Positions 50,853 to 64,000 of a stretch of 64,000 bases of DNA are shown in pieces; within the stretch, counting starts at the first letter, position 1; every line of letters starts with the position of its first letter. The DNA is from Schmidtea polychroa (Eukaryota). Location of the stretch: contig CM097885.1 in the NCBI GenBank assembly GCA_044892525.1, forward strand, positions 51,090,001-51,154,000. Reading direction: 5' to 3'. Both the position numbers and the translations under genes were made by a program. Below the pieces are notes generated by a model. It searched no databases. It was given only the letters and a program-made list of their open reading frames with translations, and had not been told where the DNA came from.

Positions 50853-51199
50853 TCAATCAAAAAATCCTGGCATTGCCTTCAGAGTCTCTGACCACAAATC
50901 TCTATCGCCCATTGGAAACTTGAAAACCCATTTCTGTGGACAACAGAGGGGAATCACATTCATTACAAGACTCTCTTGTTCACTCGGACACATAAGTGGG
51001 GAGAAGAATATAGTTTTTGACTGTCTATCAAGACTTGGAAATATTTTAACACAATTCTTTTTTCTCAAATGATTTACTATATTCTTATTTACAGTCAGTG
51101 AATGACATAGACTTTTTCGGTCAGAATGCTATCTGCAAAGAAGTAATATACTTAGCCATCTCAAATCAGAAATATATCGAGTTATCTTTTATGAACACT

Positions 51200-51470
51200 T
51201 ACGGCGTACAGTGTTAAATGTAACACATAGCCGACATCATCCCGGTTACTCAGAAACTCATGACTTAATTCATCGAAAAATAGTGTGGCTTCCTATTTGA
51301 TATGATATTAAAAATAAAGTTTTAATGAGCCAATTTTACCAAAAACACAAGATTACTCGATACACAATACCCCCGTTAATACATTACCTAACTAGGATTC
51401 AATTCGACACAGTCTATCTGGATTTACTTGGTCTACAGCTTGTTGAATATGGTTTTAGCATAATTTACAG
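51200..51470 (+). mobile_element. Decayed Gypsy integrase fragment
   Basis: HSRHHPGYSETHDLI..W and FDTVYLDLLG remnants. Confidence 0.4.
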
Positions 51471-51724
51471 TAAAACATGATAGTTCCCCTTAAAATGATT
51501 TAAGGTTATATTGTTTGCCTTTTTAACCTTTTTAAGAAGACATTCTATATCAGATCTATTTTTACTAAGGCCTATCTCCCCAATTGAGCAGTATGATTAA
51601 GAGTTTTCACGGAACCTCAAAGGCATCTTTAATGGAATCATTTTTTAAATATGGACTCTAACACAGAATTTTCTACAAATTACAATTGCTAGCACAGCCT
51701 TTTTCAAGGGATTTTGATTAAAAA

Positions 51725-52310
51725 TCACATGCCACATACATTGAAGAGACTGCCTGTCATCTCTGCTCTCGAGTTCTTGAGCATTGCCGACGGAATGGAT
51801 TGACCCACATTAATGATCATTTTAGGAAGTGTACCAGTAAAAAAATAAGTATTACTGATTTTAATATCTTGTCGAAGAGTTTGAGTAATTTCTGGGAACG
51901 AGTAAAGTGCGAGACGTTGTTAATTAGATCTTTAAATACTTTAACTAATATTCAAAGTGCCCAGTCTACAGGGATTTTGAATGTATTTAAATAATTTAAC
52001 TTGTACATTTAATATTTGGGATGATGTTGTTTGTTGAATTTTTTGTTGAATTTTGTGCGTTTTCTAAAATTTAAATAATTTGTATATGATTAAAAAAAAA
52101 TTTTTTTTTAATTTTATTAAAATACCTTTTTGATATAGTTTGATTAAGATTATTAGTTGTTAATTTGTTTGAATATTATTATTTTCATTTAGTTGTTATT
52201 AATACGATTCTTAGCCTACAGAAGACTGCTGTACGGTCGGAATATATATCAATCTTATATTTTATTTGCTTAGTTTGCAACTTGCTTTGGCGACTTTGCC
52301 TTCGTTCTTT
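51725..52310 (+). mobile_element. Penelope-like element 3' remnant (GIY-YIG endonuclease C-terminus)
   Basis: ETACHLCSRVLEH..HINDHFRKC..DFNILSK..ETLLIRSLN..NIQ..LNVF*. Confidence 0.65.
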
Positions 52311-55300
52311 GATTAATTATAAATATTATTAATAAAACAAATCGTTTTAAATAAAATTTCAATATTTATTAAAGTAAATGTTGAGAAAACATGTTTAGTG
52401 TTTGTGGAACATGTGGCTGAAGTAAATCATATCACACAGTCAGAAAACATTATTTGGGACATGACATATTGTAAATACTAACAAACATGAATTTTACCAT
52501 ATTTTTTTATCTCGATCAAATTCATAAAGTAATAATGAAAAATAATATAAAAGAAAATTGATTAAAATAAAGTAAAATATGAATTTTTAAATTTTAATAA
52601 TTAAATATGAAAAATAATTTTTGTTGCTTATAAAATTTATAATTAAATGAAATATTATTTCCGCTAATTATTTCTTAACCTTTTGATTTCAGTGGTAAAT
52701 TTTAAATACTTTTTGAGAAACCATTATATTAAAGAAAGAACACGACCAAATTTTGCATGAGTCTTTGATAATGTTCTCGTAGACAGGTTATTGGTGTTTT
52801 TGTCGTAGTTATGCATTTTCTTCATGTTCGATGAGTATAAAAACTATCAAATAAAATGTTTTTTATTAATATTTCTTAATCAAAGTAAAATTATATTTAA
52901 ATCTCTATATAATGTATTAGTGTTATTATTAATACAATTGATAAAGTGTAATTTAATATTAATTTTTAAACAAGTGAAAGATAAGATAATCTTTTGCTGC
53001 AAAGTATATAATGAATGAAATGAAATAATTTTCCATTATAAAAATAATCCTTGACAATTTCTTGAAATTTAATTTTTCAATTTTCAAATGCTCTTTGAAT
53101 TTCTTTTTTAAATTAATTTTCTACCTTCTCATTAGTTGAAATAAATAAAATAATCAAAATAATTTTTTTCAAAAATTGTAACTAGAAAATATCCAAAAAA
53201 ATTAATATAAACTTTAAAAATTTTCAAAGGTTCTATAAGATGTTTTCATTTTTTAATAAAAGTATTTTCTATATATAATTCAAAAATTTTAAACATAATT
53301 ATATTTTGATTTTTATTCCTAAGGGTTTTTAAATGTATCTAATTATTTATATTTTAAGATTTAAAAATTATTTAAACAAATCAGACTGACGATTTCACTT
53401 ATTGTGATCTTTGTGTCCTTATTGTTATATAGATTTTTATGGAGGACTTTGTTCAAGTTTAATTGCCATTTATAGTTCTCCTTCTCTTCAGTACATAGAT
53501 TGGTTATCCATTGTTTCTCATAAAATTTTATTAAATAAAATTTAAAACGTAAAAATTAAATTAAATATAAAATTTAAAATAAAAATTTAATTAAAAGTAT
53601 AATTAAAATTCATCTCGCGAGAAAACAAATCTTCGAGTGATAAGAAGCCATTTCATTGAAAAAATAATGAATATTAGTTAATTTAGTTTAGCTTCCGTAA
53701 TTATTTCAAAGCAATAAAGTCAAAAAATATTTACATTTCGCCCAAATAATGTTTATTTTGTCGCAGTTCTTTAAATTCTACATAATGCCATTGAATCAGA
53801 CCGTACTGGAAGCCTAAGTATGGTTTTAAATATTAGTTATTATTTCTCAGAAATAATTTCAGCACATATCAAAGTGATTTAAATAAAATATAAAATTTTA
53901 AAGAAACGTAATTTAATTTTAACAAATAAATATATTTTCAAGAAATACATAAATTCTTAGATATATTGGATGTATATTAACTGACTCCTTCCTTTACATG
54001 CGGAAGCTACCATTTGATTGTTTTATTAAAAGCAATTAAAACAATTGATTTGAACTTTCTACCACTATTGTCAACAACTAAATCAAATTAAATTTTAGAA
54101 ATTTCAATACTTTCTACTAAGACATTTTAATTTTGTTCTTTTAATCGACTGAGATTCTTTAAACAAATTAAATATTTTTATGAATTTCTTACAATGAAAA
54201 TATTCAATTCATATTTACAATTAATTTAACAGTCGAATAGTTTCATAAATGAAAAATAATAATCATTGTGACAAATATTATTCATTTGGATCGTCGGTCC
54301 TAAAACTGTTGTCTGTGAAGAAAAAACATCAAAACTATATTGAAAAATATTAATTATTTTCATATTTCAAATATTTTACCGTTAAATAATTATATATTTA
54401 TAAACTTATACCTTGAAATGGTTGAATTTATCTTTAAATTTATTTGTATTTAAAATTAAATAAAATTAATATTCGGGTGTTTGTTATTCCATTATAAACG
54501 TTGAAATTTTATTTAGCTGTCCGCAGATTTCAGATTTTTTTAACGCATGGTTTTTAAAATAAAAGGTTTGAGTACCTCTGATTAAGATAATTAATTAATT
54601 AAAATAATTAATTATAGGGATTTAAGAATTAAAATTGTTTGATTATTACTGAACATTGAAAAATAAATATAAATTTAATCAAAGATAGTTTCAACAACAG
54701 ATATTTGTTAAGGGTTTTTTCATCACATCTTTTCTATCACTTACCTTTCAAAACATTATTTATATCAGTTAAAATAAGACTCCGATTATTGACCCATTTA
54801 TAGCCAGCATTCCCAAATGGAAACAATTAGAAATAATTGTATATCTTACAGAATATTTTCAAATGGTGCCAAAAATCATATGCTATAAGTTGATATCTAA
54901 TGGACTTAAACAAAGTTGGTACCAAATGGCCTAATTTCTGTAGTTATTAAAATTTATTTCAAAATAAAAATTCATATATTAATTAATCTATGATATTCAA
55001 ACAAATAAAATAAAATATAATTTTGATATTGTCATATAAAGTTTTGATTATACATTTCTAAAAAATTTAGTAAGATATTTTAAAATAAATGTCTCATTTT
55101 TTGGTAATTTTTTTAATTTTCCTTGTTAATGTCTAATTAATGAAGCCAAAATCGTCTGCCTTAGAGTTATTTAGTCAACCAATTTAAACCAAAGCAATGA
55201 TTTTGTAATACCTATTTGTGGGGTACAGAAATAATTTATCTAGTATTTAATTTTTATATATTAAATTATATAGGACTTTAAAGACTTTATCCAAGTAATT

Positions 55301-55382
55301 TTTCTTGATTTTATGCAAGATTCAATAATTTCAGTCACCCATAGTTATGATATTGCTAACAATGGTAATTATAAACTTAAAA

Positions 55383-56250
55383 CATTAGTACCTCTACTTA
55401 CAAAATTAATTTGTTCTGAAAGTCGTTTCGTATCGTGAACATTTCGTAAGTAGAGCTTCTTTTTCCTTGTAAATGCTTTAATCGGTTCCAAGCCCCAAAA
55501 AATTCAAACATAATTCTTTTAAAAATTATAAAAATACAACAAAACCTGTAATAAATACATGTTAGCATTAAAAATGAGAGATATACATAATGTAAAAAAA
55601 GAGAAAAGAATTATGAATTAAATTTTTATTCTATCAATATTTTAACAATTAAACCTTTGTTTTAAGTGCTATTGTCATTACCCTTTGCTTCCCTCGTCTA
55701 CATCCTCTTTCAAGAGGTCATTAAAGATGTTAGTTGCTTTTTCGCAAATTATGGTCTTGGTCACAGTGTCTCCAGCTATCTTTTGCTCCTCTAACCAACC
55801 TCTCCATCTTATCGTTCACTGCAGATCTCTTCGAAATGACAGAGAGACCTTTGGAAGGAGTCGTAGCTGTTAAAGCTTTTTGTTGTTTTTATATCGTATC
55901 TATTAGAGATGGATTACAGCCATATTCTTTGGCTAGATCAACCAAACGCATCTCTTTTTCGTACTTTTCTATTACCCCTTGCTTTGTTTGTTTCTTCTTC
56001 TTCTCATTACTTTTTCCACCACTTTCTTGGGATCCATAGTTATTACAAGTGTAACAAAATTTGACAAATTTAAATCTTTATTAAAATCTGAAAACTCAAA
56101 TATTTAAACAAAATTAAGTATTAAGTATTTTGAAGTTTTCACCTTTCGTATCCTGAAATTTATTTTTTAACCAGAGGTAATATTTTTCCGAGGCATTTCG
56201 TAACCTGAAAATTTTGCGTGTAGAGCCGTTCGTAAGTAGATGTACCACTG
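55383..56250 (-). mobile_element. Tigger/pogo-type deletion derivative
   Basis: TIRs CATTAGTACCTCTACTTAC / GTAAGTAGATGTACCACTG|TA; CENP-B-like HTH remnant MRLVDLAKEYG..IICEKA on the minus strand. Confidence 0.8.
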
Positions 56251-57649
56251 TATAGAAAAATTAAAGGTAATTTATAATATAACACAACTTTGAATAAAAT
56301 AATTATTTCCAGTCACAGAAACAAGTCGTAAATTTATATTTCAGCAGCAATAAATGGACAGCCGCCACGGGTGACGTGTTTTTAGGGGATATGATAGTAC
56401 AGTGGGAAGATTGTTATCGAAAAATAAATGACTCATGGGAAACAATTTATCATCATAATTGTATGTCACTTTAGATTATTTTAAAAATAAATTTTTATAA
56501 ATTTTTAAACAATTGATAGAAAACAAGTGAAGAAGAACAGAAAAAACGTGAGCAATTTCATCGATAATTAAAGAAATTTTAGCATTGGGTAAAATCTAAT
56601 TAAGCAAAATCTAACGAATTTTAAATAGAAAAATATATTTTAGATCAACTGAAATTAATTCAAAACAACTAACGAAAGATTGAAATTTCTTAGTATGGGA
56701 AACTAATTTTCTAATTAAAACTTTGAATGATCTACAAATTGTTCAAAAATTCATACAAATAAATTAAAAAACATTAAATGACAAAAATTTCATTATACAC
56801 CAATACCTCACTTTGCGAAACAAGTTTTATTGACATTCAATTTGAAATTTGAGTTTAAATTATTTCACATGGCATTGCATTTTTACTTGTAATTTTGCAT
56901 TATTTTATAATTCCCAGTCATTTGAATGAAATATCGACAAAATAATGTTGTGAAACAATTAATATTAAAATGCGAAAATGAAATCAAAATATCCTTTCAC
57001 ATGAAAAATGCTGCTTCAATTGTTACAGTTGACGTAGAAATTTTGCAAAACCAATTATGGACGCAAAGTGAGATATAATTGTAGTCAAATTTTTGTGAAG
57101 AGCGATTCTGCAAATATTTCCAGTGAGGAATGAAGTACCCCTTTCAAAATTTGATGCATTATAACAACTGCAATAGATACAATCATAGTCTCCAAAACTA
57201 TTGAACATTTTGAAGGAACTCAGCATTCAACGCAAGACGACATTTAAAATGAAATTAATAATTTAATAATTAATATTAATAATTTAGTCGTTAGGAATTA
57301 GTTCTCGATCTAGCTTCTCGTGTTAAATAATTTAGCAGTTAAAATTTGAATCTCAGCAATATCACTGTATTTCAAACAAAACTAAATACACTTGAGTTTA
57401 CAATTGACTGCTCATATGGTAGACTACTGATGCATTTGGCTGTCCGGAAAGTATACACTAGAGTCAATCGTTATGTTAGGCGATAATAACTCAAACTATG
57501 CAAAATTGATTACACAACCTTTTTTGGTGGATATCTTCTTTTGGTGTAGTTTGAGCTGGCTCACCGTGATTTTTTGGACCATGATTTTTTACGTTAAACT
57601 TTATTGTACACAATCTATGTTTCATCACCCGTTATCAACTTTTTTCAAA

Positions 57650-58143
57650 ACTGGATCGTTTTGATTACGTTTTAACAGCATGTCACAGATATTGATACGT
57701 TGCATTCTCAAATGATCATCAACCACTGTTTCAATTTCTTTGTATTCTCACGAATGGTAATATGTCAGTCAGATTCAATCAAGGACTTCAATTGGTTCTC
57801 ATCAATTTGAGTAGGTTTACCAGAGCATTGTGCATCGTGAATCGAGAAACTTCATAGACTAGTTTTGACAAGTATGTACTGTTATTGCTTCTGTGCCATA
57901 AATTGCACATATTTCTACATGATTCTACAGCCCTTTACCTTTATCAAAATTATAAAGTAAAACATATCAAAAAAGTTCATTTTGATTTTCCATTTTTAAA
58001 ATCAATAAGTTCAAAAATAATGCAATCAATCAACTTGCATTAAATTTGTATTAAATTTAACCTTCATTGCACTTATACATACAAAAAAAAACATTTAACC
58101 TATCTATGAAAAAAAGCGGAAAGGACTTTCAGAACAACCCAAT
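57650..58143 (-). mobile_element. mariner 5' fragment
   Basis: Minus-strand TIR ATTGGGTTGTTCTGAAAGTCCTTTCCG; MENQNELF..LLYNFDKGK..SGKPTQIDENQLKSLIE. Confidence 0.7.
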
Positions 58144-59212
58144 TTATCATGCTAATCAAAACATTCAAAATCATACGTTTTGTATATCTCCAACAGAGGT
58201 CAAGGAAAACCACCGATCTTAGACGCAAATTTATAGACGTAGAGTCATAACGAAGAACTTTGTTGGGTTTCAACAGAGACAGTGGCTTTGATAGTTATAA
58301 ACTCATGTGACCCATGAGTGAGTCGAGGTTACTAGCACAAAGATAAGGATAAATATGTCTCAACGGTCGAAATGATTGTAGTTAAATTATGTAGCAGTCA
58401 ATGAATTTAATTCCAAATATTTAGTTTTAGACGAGAATTTTCTAAATACCCAGCATTGAATAGCTGAAATGTGCCATATTCAGTTAGAGGCCAATTTGCG
58501 ATTTTCTCGCATTAATAATTGTAATTAGATTATTGCTTAAACTGATTACGAAATGAAAACCCGTTGTTTTTGAATTAAATAAGTGAATTATAGTATAGGA
58601 TCAACAGGACAAATTTACTTTATCCACTGCTTAACCAATACAGATAAATCTTTCCCTAAATGGAAAGGAAACGAACGCTACGGGGTGTCAATGAATGATT
58701 CCTAATGAATCTCACGTCAACACGAGCATCAGAAACCTAGACAAATGATGAGCCTATGAAGAAAACAGCTCTTTCACAACGACCAGTTTGTATGGTAGTT
58801 TAGAATCTAAACTTTAGATGATTTAAACAAATGACACCAGATTATACTTGGATACATTGATTCGATGCTGATCGAGATGAACCTTTTTCTAATAAATTTC
58901 TGAATGTGAAGCGTGATTCAACTCGTGACATAAGGGAATTCATTTAAATAAGTACACAGGTATTAATTTTGTTAATTATCATACATTAAAACCCCATAGG
59001 AACATCATGAAAATCTCGTCATTAAGCACGATACGTTGAACTTTTGAAATAAATCTGATACGTCACAAACTTAGGTTATCGTCATTGAAGTCATTAATAA
59101 AAGGCGTGGAACTCACATTGATTTATATCTTGGAGAAGACTTGAATAAAATATTTTCAGAATTTTTGACCCAACATGGAGAATTTGTCATGACGATGAGC
59201 GTTGGGCTGATT

Positions 59213-59560
59213 CAGCGGTGATCGGCGCCCCTAGATTAATTTTTTAACATCCGCCTTAAAAATTTAGGACTTAAAAACAATATTTGTTTTATTGATGCAT
59301 ATAAAATATTACAATAATTTTACTTTTCGGGCTTTAACCTAACCGGATGTTTTTATTAAATGGGTTATGCTAATTTCTTTGAATAAACTTCTTTCGATTG
59401 AAACTATTGCTAAACCGCATACCCTGTCCTATATTAATGTAGTTCTCAAATACGTATAAATTAATTTTTTGAAAATTACTCTCTACACTTGCTTCTGATA
59501 TATGAAGCAATATAAACGTGCATTGCTGAACATTTGGCGCAAATTCTTTATGGTGTCACT
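59213..59560 (-). mobile_element. Decayed hAT transposase 3' fragment
   Basis: TYLRTTL..RVCGLAIVSIER dimerisation-domain remnant. Confidence 0.5.
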
Positions 59561-59799
59561 TGATTGTGTCTGGTATGCTGTATCTTAGAGCCGGGCTTAT
59601 ATCAGCAAAAGTTAGTTTGGCATGTTTTCGGTTGAAAGTTTTGGTTTAATGCAGAGTAAAAGTGTAGAAAATTATGCCACTATAAAACCTACCCTATCAC
59701 CTCCATTTAAACTTAACTTTTAATGCTAATAATCAATTATAAACTCAATGCAATGCACTTGTGACAACGTTTAATTCAATCCTTAAAAGGTTTTTAATA

Positions 59800-60350
59800 C
59801 TCAATCTTTAAAAGCCGTAAGAGCATCTTTCGATTTTCCTTTTATTGCCTCAATGCAAAACGTGTTCCTCGAAGTGGCTCTTTGAGTCTACCGAACTATA
59901 TCAGATGTATTCGGTAAAAGTCTAATTGTATTGGTAATTATATTGGGATACCGACGAGTAGAGAAATGCTAGTGAAAGATTTTAGAAACACACCATCTAC
60001 ACAAACAATTGGGAAAAATTGGAGTAGACACTGAATAAAGTTTAATGGACATGGTTAAACCTTGGGGTAAGTAAATGAATCGGGACAACTCGCTAGACTT
60101 GTGATATGTCGTGACGGCTTCATTATCAAAAAGTTTGATTTAACCATGTATAAGTAGTCTGTATAATAATGTAATTGGAATAATTGTCAGGTGACGAATG
60201 AATCGTATTTCGGTAGACATTGAATGAGAATGATAATCAATAATAGAGAGTGACGTTCACCCTTCTATCGACATTCATATAGTGAGATAATCAATTGGCA
60301 GTAGTTCCAAGATAGGGTCCTCATTTAGCCCTAGGTTTTCAACCCCAAAA
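59800..60350 (+). mobile_element. Highly decayed LINE RT fragment
   Basis: Weak remnants of RP..KILE and QGS..SP-like motifs. Confidence 0.3.
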
Positions 60351-60544
60351 CAGTACTAATGTAAAGGTTGTACACAGGTCTCCGAGGGTGTGATAGCGGA
60401 ACACAACAGTCATTACGCATTTAAGGTTGCAGTTATCGCAGACAATTTTGTTACCATAGAAACCACAAATAAGTTATCCTTAAGCGTGGGTTCAAATTTT
60501 CTCGTTCGAAATATTTAACGTTAGTAAAATTTCTTGGCTAAATT

Positions 60545-60580
<36 letters not shown>

Positions 60581-61049
60581 GTCAATATATATTTTAAAAA
60601 ACAAAATAAAAGGCAAGAAAGAATTAATCTGGAATTTATTAAATGCAAAAAATATATTCCTAATGTAAATCTCATGCTATCAAAGAATTTCTAACAAAAT
60701 CATAAACCCCGAGAAATATTGCCCCTCCAAATGATATTTGTATAAATCTAGGACCTACTCCGAAAAAGAACCTAAATAAAGAAATTACATAATTGGTAAA
60801 AAGAAAAATAAATACCCTCGAATTCCTGATTCATGATAGATAATCCCAAGAGACTTTATCAAAGATCCAGAATAATAAAATGATCCTTTCTAAAAAAATA
60901 CTTGTACTCACTTTGGAATTTGAAATGGTGAAAAAGATGTAAAATTTAAAACAATATAAATGTTTTTCTATTGAAAACTTCGAATTATTGTTTAGTAAAA
61001 AATCAGCTATAAGCACAAATTGAACAAATTCAGTTTGAACAAAAACAGT

Positions 61050-61570
61050 GACAGTATGATTGGGAAAGTGTTAGCAGTCATCCCCTTATATTTTGCATTA
61101 AATGCATGGCTGATAGTGAAGCGGGATGACTATTTCAAATTTTGAAGGCGTTTTAATAAAGCCTTTCCATTATTTTAGATAAAGAACATGCTTATAAATG
61201 ATAGCGATTGAACTCAAATGAAAAGTCAATTGTGTGCTGAAAATATCTTAATAGAAAGATCGAGTAGGGATCGTATGATCCACAATTTGAAAGCAACTGA
61301 ATTTTAGTCAGAATACGTTCAACGACTAGAGCAGAAAATAAGCCGATCAGAACTTAACAAGACGATTTAATTAGAAAATTGCTTCCTAAACTAAAATATC
61401 CTCAAATAGTGCAATATTTCATCAAATTATGAGCAAAAACAATTTGATAGATAGTATAAAACCTATACAGAAAAAATATTTTCTTAGTACTAAATACCTT
61501 GCATCGAAGTTCAAGAAGAGTTTGCTCAGAAGCTGGATTGTTAATAACAATTATCGATGCATTGAGCTAA
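61050..61570 (+). mobile_element. Decayed hAT-like transposase fragment
   Basis: SSRRVCSEAGLLI resembles SERVFSxAG. Confidence 0.3.
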
Positions 61571-64000
61571 CTGTAACTTTTTTATAATAGTAACTTTTTA
61601 TAGACTGTGTTAAGGGATATAGATTTCCAGGGTACCAGTGATTGTTTACTCTCAACCCAATCAAACATTACAGTTTAAAAACCGTAAAAACATAGTTTTT
61701 AAATCACTCAAAAATAAAATTTCAATATTCGTGCTCAATGATGATGAAATATTATGCAAAATCACCTAGTTAAGAAATTACTTTGAAAGGAATATTTTAT
61801 CTGGTTGTATTGAGAAAGAATATTTGCTTTCTCATTTAAAAGAATATTTTAATTAACTCTATATTTAATCTACCTGTTTTCCAAGTAAACTCTATAAAAT
61901 TCCGCTAACATTCTTTAAATTGTTTTATACATCCGTGTTATTTTGAAAAGTTATTCTCGTCAACAACCCAAATTTAGTAATTATTCATAAAGACAAGCGA
62001 GTTAAATTTTGATTTTTTAGCTTTTGTCCTTGTTGCTAATATTTTTATTTTTTAGATATAATTAAACAACTAAAATTATCTATTAGACGCAATTAAATTC
62101 AAATCTCCTTTTATAGCAATATTATCAACTTTAATTACAAAATTCAAATTTATTCAGTTTATTTTTAATATTCAAACAACTTAGACATTTGTAATTTTGA
62201 CATGAATCAGGATATTGATTGACCACAAATATGTAAAATAGTTTTTTTTATAAATTTGACTAAATAAATTATCTTTATTTTATTTTAATTTAAGGTGAAT
62301 TTTGAAACACCTGAATATTTATTTCTAAATTCAAAACAATTTAAGTTCCATTCTTCAAGGTTAGATTTTTATTATTTATTTGTCTTAATTTGCTTTAGTT
62401 TTTTGTAAAAATAGCAATAATGACCTGTGATGGGCCAATTTCCACAATCCAAAAAAAGCAAAGCTCAGAACGCAATCAAAGAGTAAAAGTTACATCCTAG
62501 GATTTTTTTTAATATAAATATTATGGAAACAAATGAATATTTATTTTAGAGAAGTTTACGATAAATTATAAGTTTGCTATCGTAAATGCCTGAATGTCTT
62601 CAAATATTGTCATATATAAGGTTGATAAGTTTTTATATTCAGTATATTTTGTAATCGTCGTGACAGAATTACCTAATTGAATAATTTTAAATTGTAAATA
62701 TTGTCCCTAAACGACCGTCGAATTATGTTGCATTTAATTAACGGATAATAAATAGTTTTTAAATATATAAAAATAAACTTATCATTGTACTTTTTGGGAA
62801 TTAGCGAAATGAAATTAGACCTGTTTCGTCTGTTTCCTAATCAAACAAATGTTTTCTAATTGATTCTTCACCCTAGAAAATGTCCCTAGTGGTACGTTTT
62901 AATATAACAGCTCTCTATTTTCGTTAATTTAAATTTAATGTTTTAATATGAAAGACAAAAGAAATTAAATTTTTGTCTTGAAGTACCTCGATAGCTTCAT
63001 CTTAAATCAAGCTAAGAGATGAATTTATCCAAATATTGGTCATAGTAGATCCATATGAACATCGAAATACCTTCTAGAACAATCATGAAGTATAAGGTTG
63101 AAGTTCTTGAATATTATCCTGGAAAAGTTTCACTTTTGAGATATTGATACATGTACTGTTTAGTTTACCTTTCGATAACAAAATACAATAACCACAGTAC
63201 CTTACTCAATTCTATTAGTAATATATCATAACTTCGTAATCCTACAATCCATATAAATGATATTGACTTTAAAATTCGTAATGGTTCCACGTCATTTTTC
63301 TTGATATTATCAAAAATGAAATAGATATAATAGAAAATTTGCATCAGGTTGCTGGTGACGCAAGACCACATACATGTTTATATCTAAATCGTAATAGTAA
63401 AGAGCACTTATTACGACTATTGAAAAAATATACTGAAAGAAGTCACTTAATTTACGATTCTACAACAATCGCTGCATGTCTTTTGCAAGTTGATCTCTTA
63501 AATAAGGAAGTGAACAAAAGTAAAAAGGAAAAAATTGCCAGTTTATTGAAAAGTTTTGGAAACTGATATAAATTTTTACACGATTAAAGAGAAGATAATT
63601 TAAATAGATATTTTTTGAAGTTGTAAACCATCATAGTGAACATGATGCATAGTTTTTGCTAAATATTTAGGAAATGCACTTTTTACGTTACCTCAAATGA
63701 AAAATAACTACCACTTGAACGTCACAATAAATATATTGAATCAAAAAACCGAACTTTCGGGCATGTACCTCACAGACAAATATAATACTTAATTATAACC
63801 AAAAGCGTAAAAAAAGAATTTATATACGGTAAGTTAAATTATGTAGAAAATTTTGAAACAGATGACAGACGGGAAAACATGCGGATTATATGCAGTAACT
63901 TCTAAAGTACAAACTAAAATAGTCTTTGTAAACACCAATGGTATAAGTAACTCCCATATAAAGCAGAGTATAGCGATATTACTGCAGAGGTAATCTATGT

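Noticed and set aside
63165..63566. Short ORFs near the window end
   Set aside because: No recognisable motif; probably decayed TE sequence

Overview
Very AT-rich eukaryotic DNA, probably from an invertebrate (GT-AG introns of 39-48 nt, many (ATT)n and (TA)n tracts). It is dominated by mobile elements. (1) 1-8.3 kb: an intact Ty3/Gypsy-type retroelement whose 5' part lies outside the window. One uninterrupted ORF joins a chuvirus-like (class III-type) envelope glycoprotein, adjacent PTAP and YPx3L late-domain motifs, PR-RT-RNaseH-IN, and a second predicted type-I membrane glycoprotein. An intronless DEDDh exonuclease ORF follows. (2) 9.0-11.4 kb: a broken KLHL20/diablo-like fragment, then a polypurine tract and 3' LTR. 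(3) 11.5-16.2 kb: a tandem-repeat-rich block ending in a Maverick-like or Helitron-like terminus. (4) 18.76-34.07 kb: a near-complete Maverick/Polinton with ~740-bp TIRs. Its pPolB, capsid genes and ATPase are disabled, its protease lacks the catalytic His, and its integrase is intact. Its accessory cluster holds an intact TBP-like gene, an SSB-like ORF, an intron-containing ORF and a Bcl-2 pseudogene. (5) 35-64 kb: decayed Gypsy, mariner, hAT, Tigger, Penelope and LINE remnants, plus possible host exons. All calls come from motif recognition by eye; no database searches were run.
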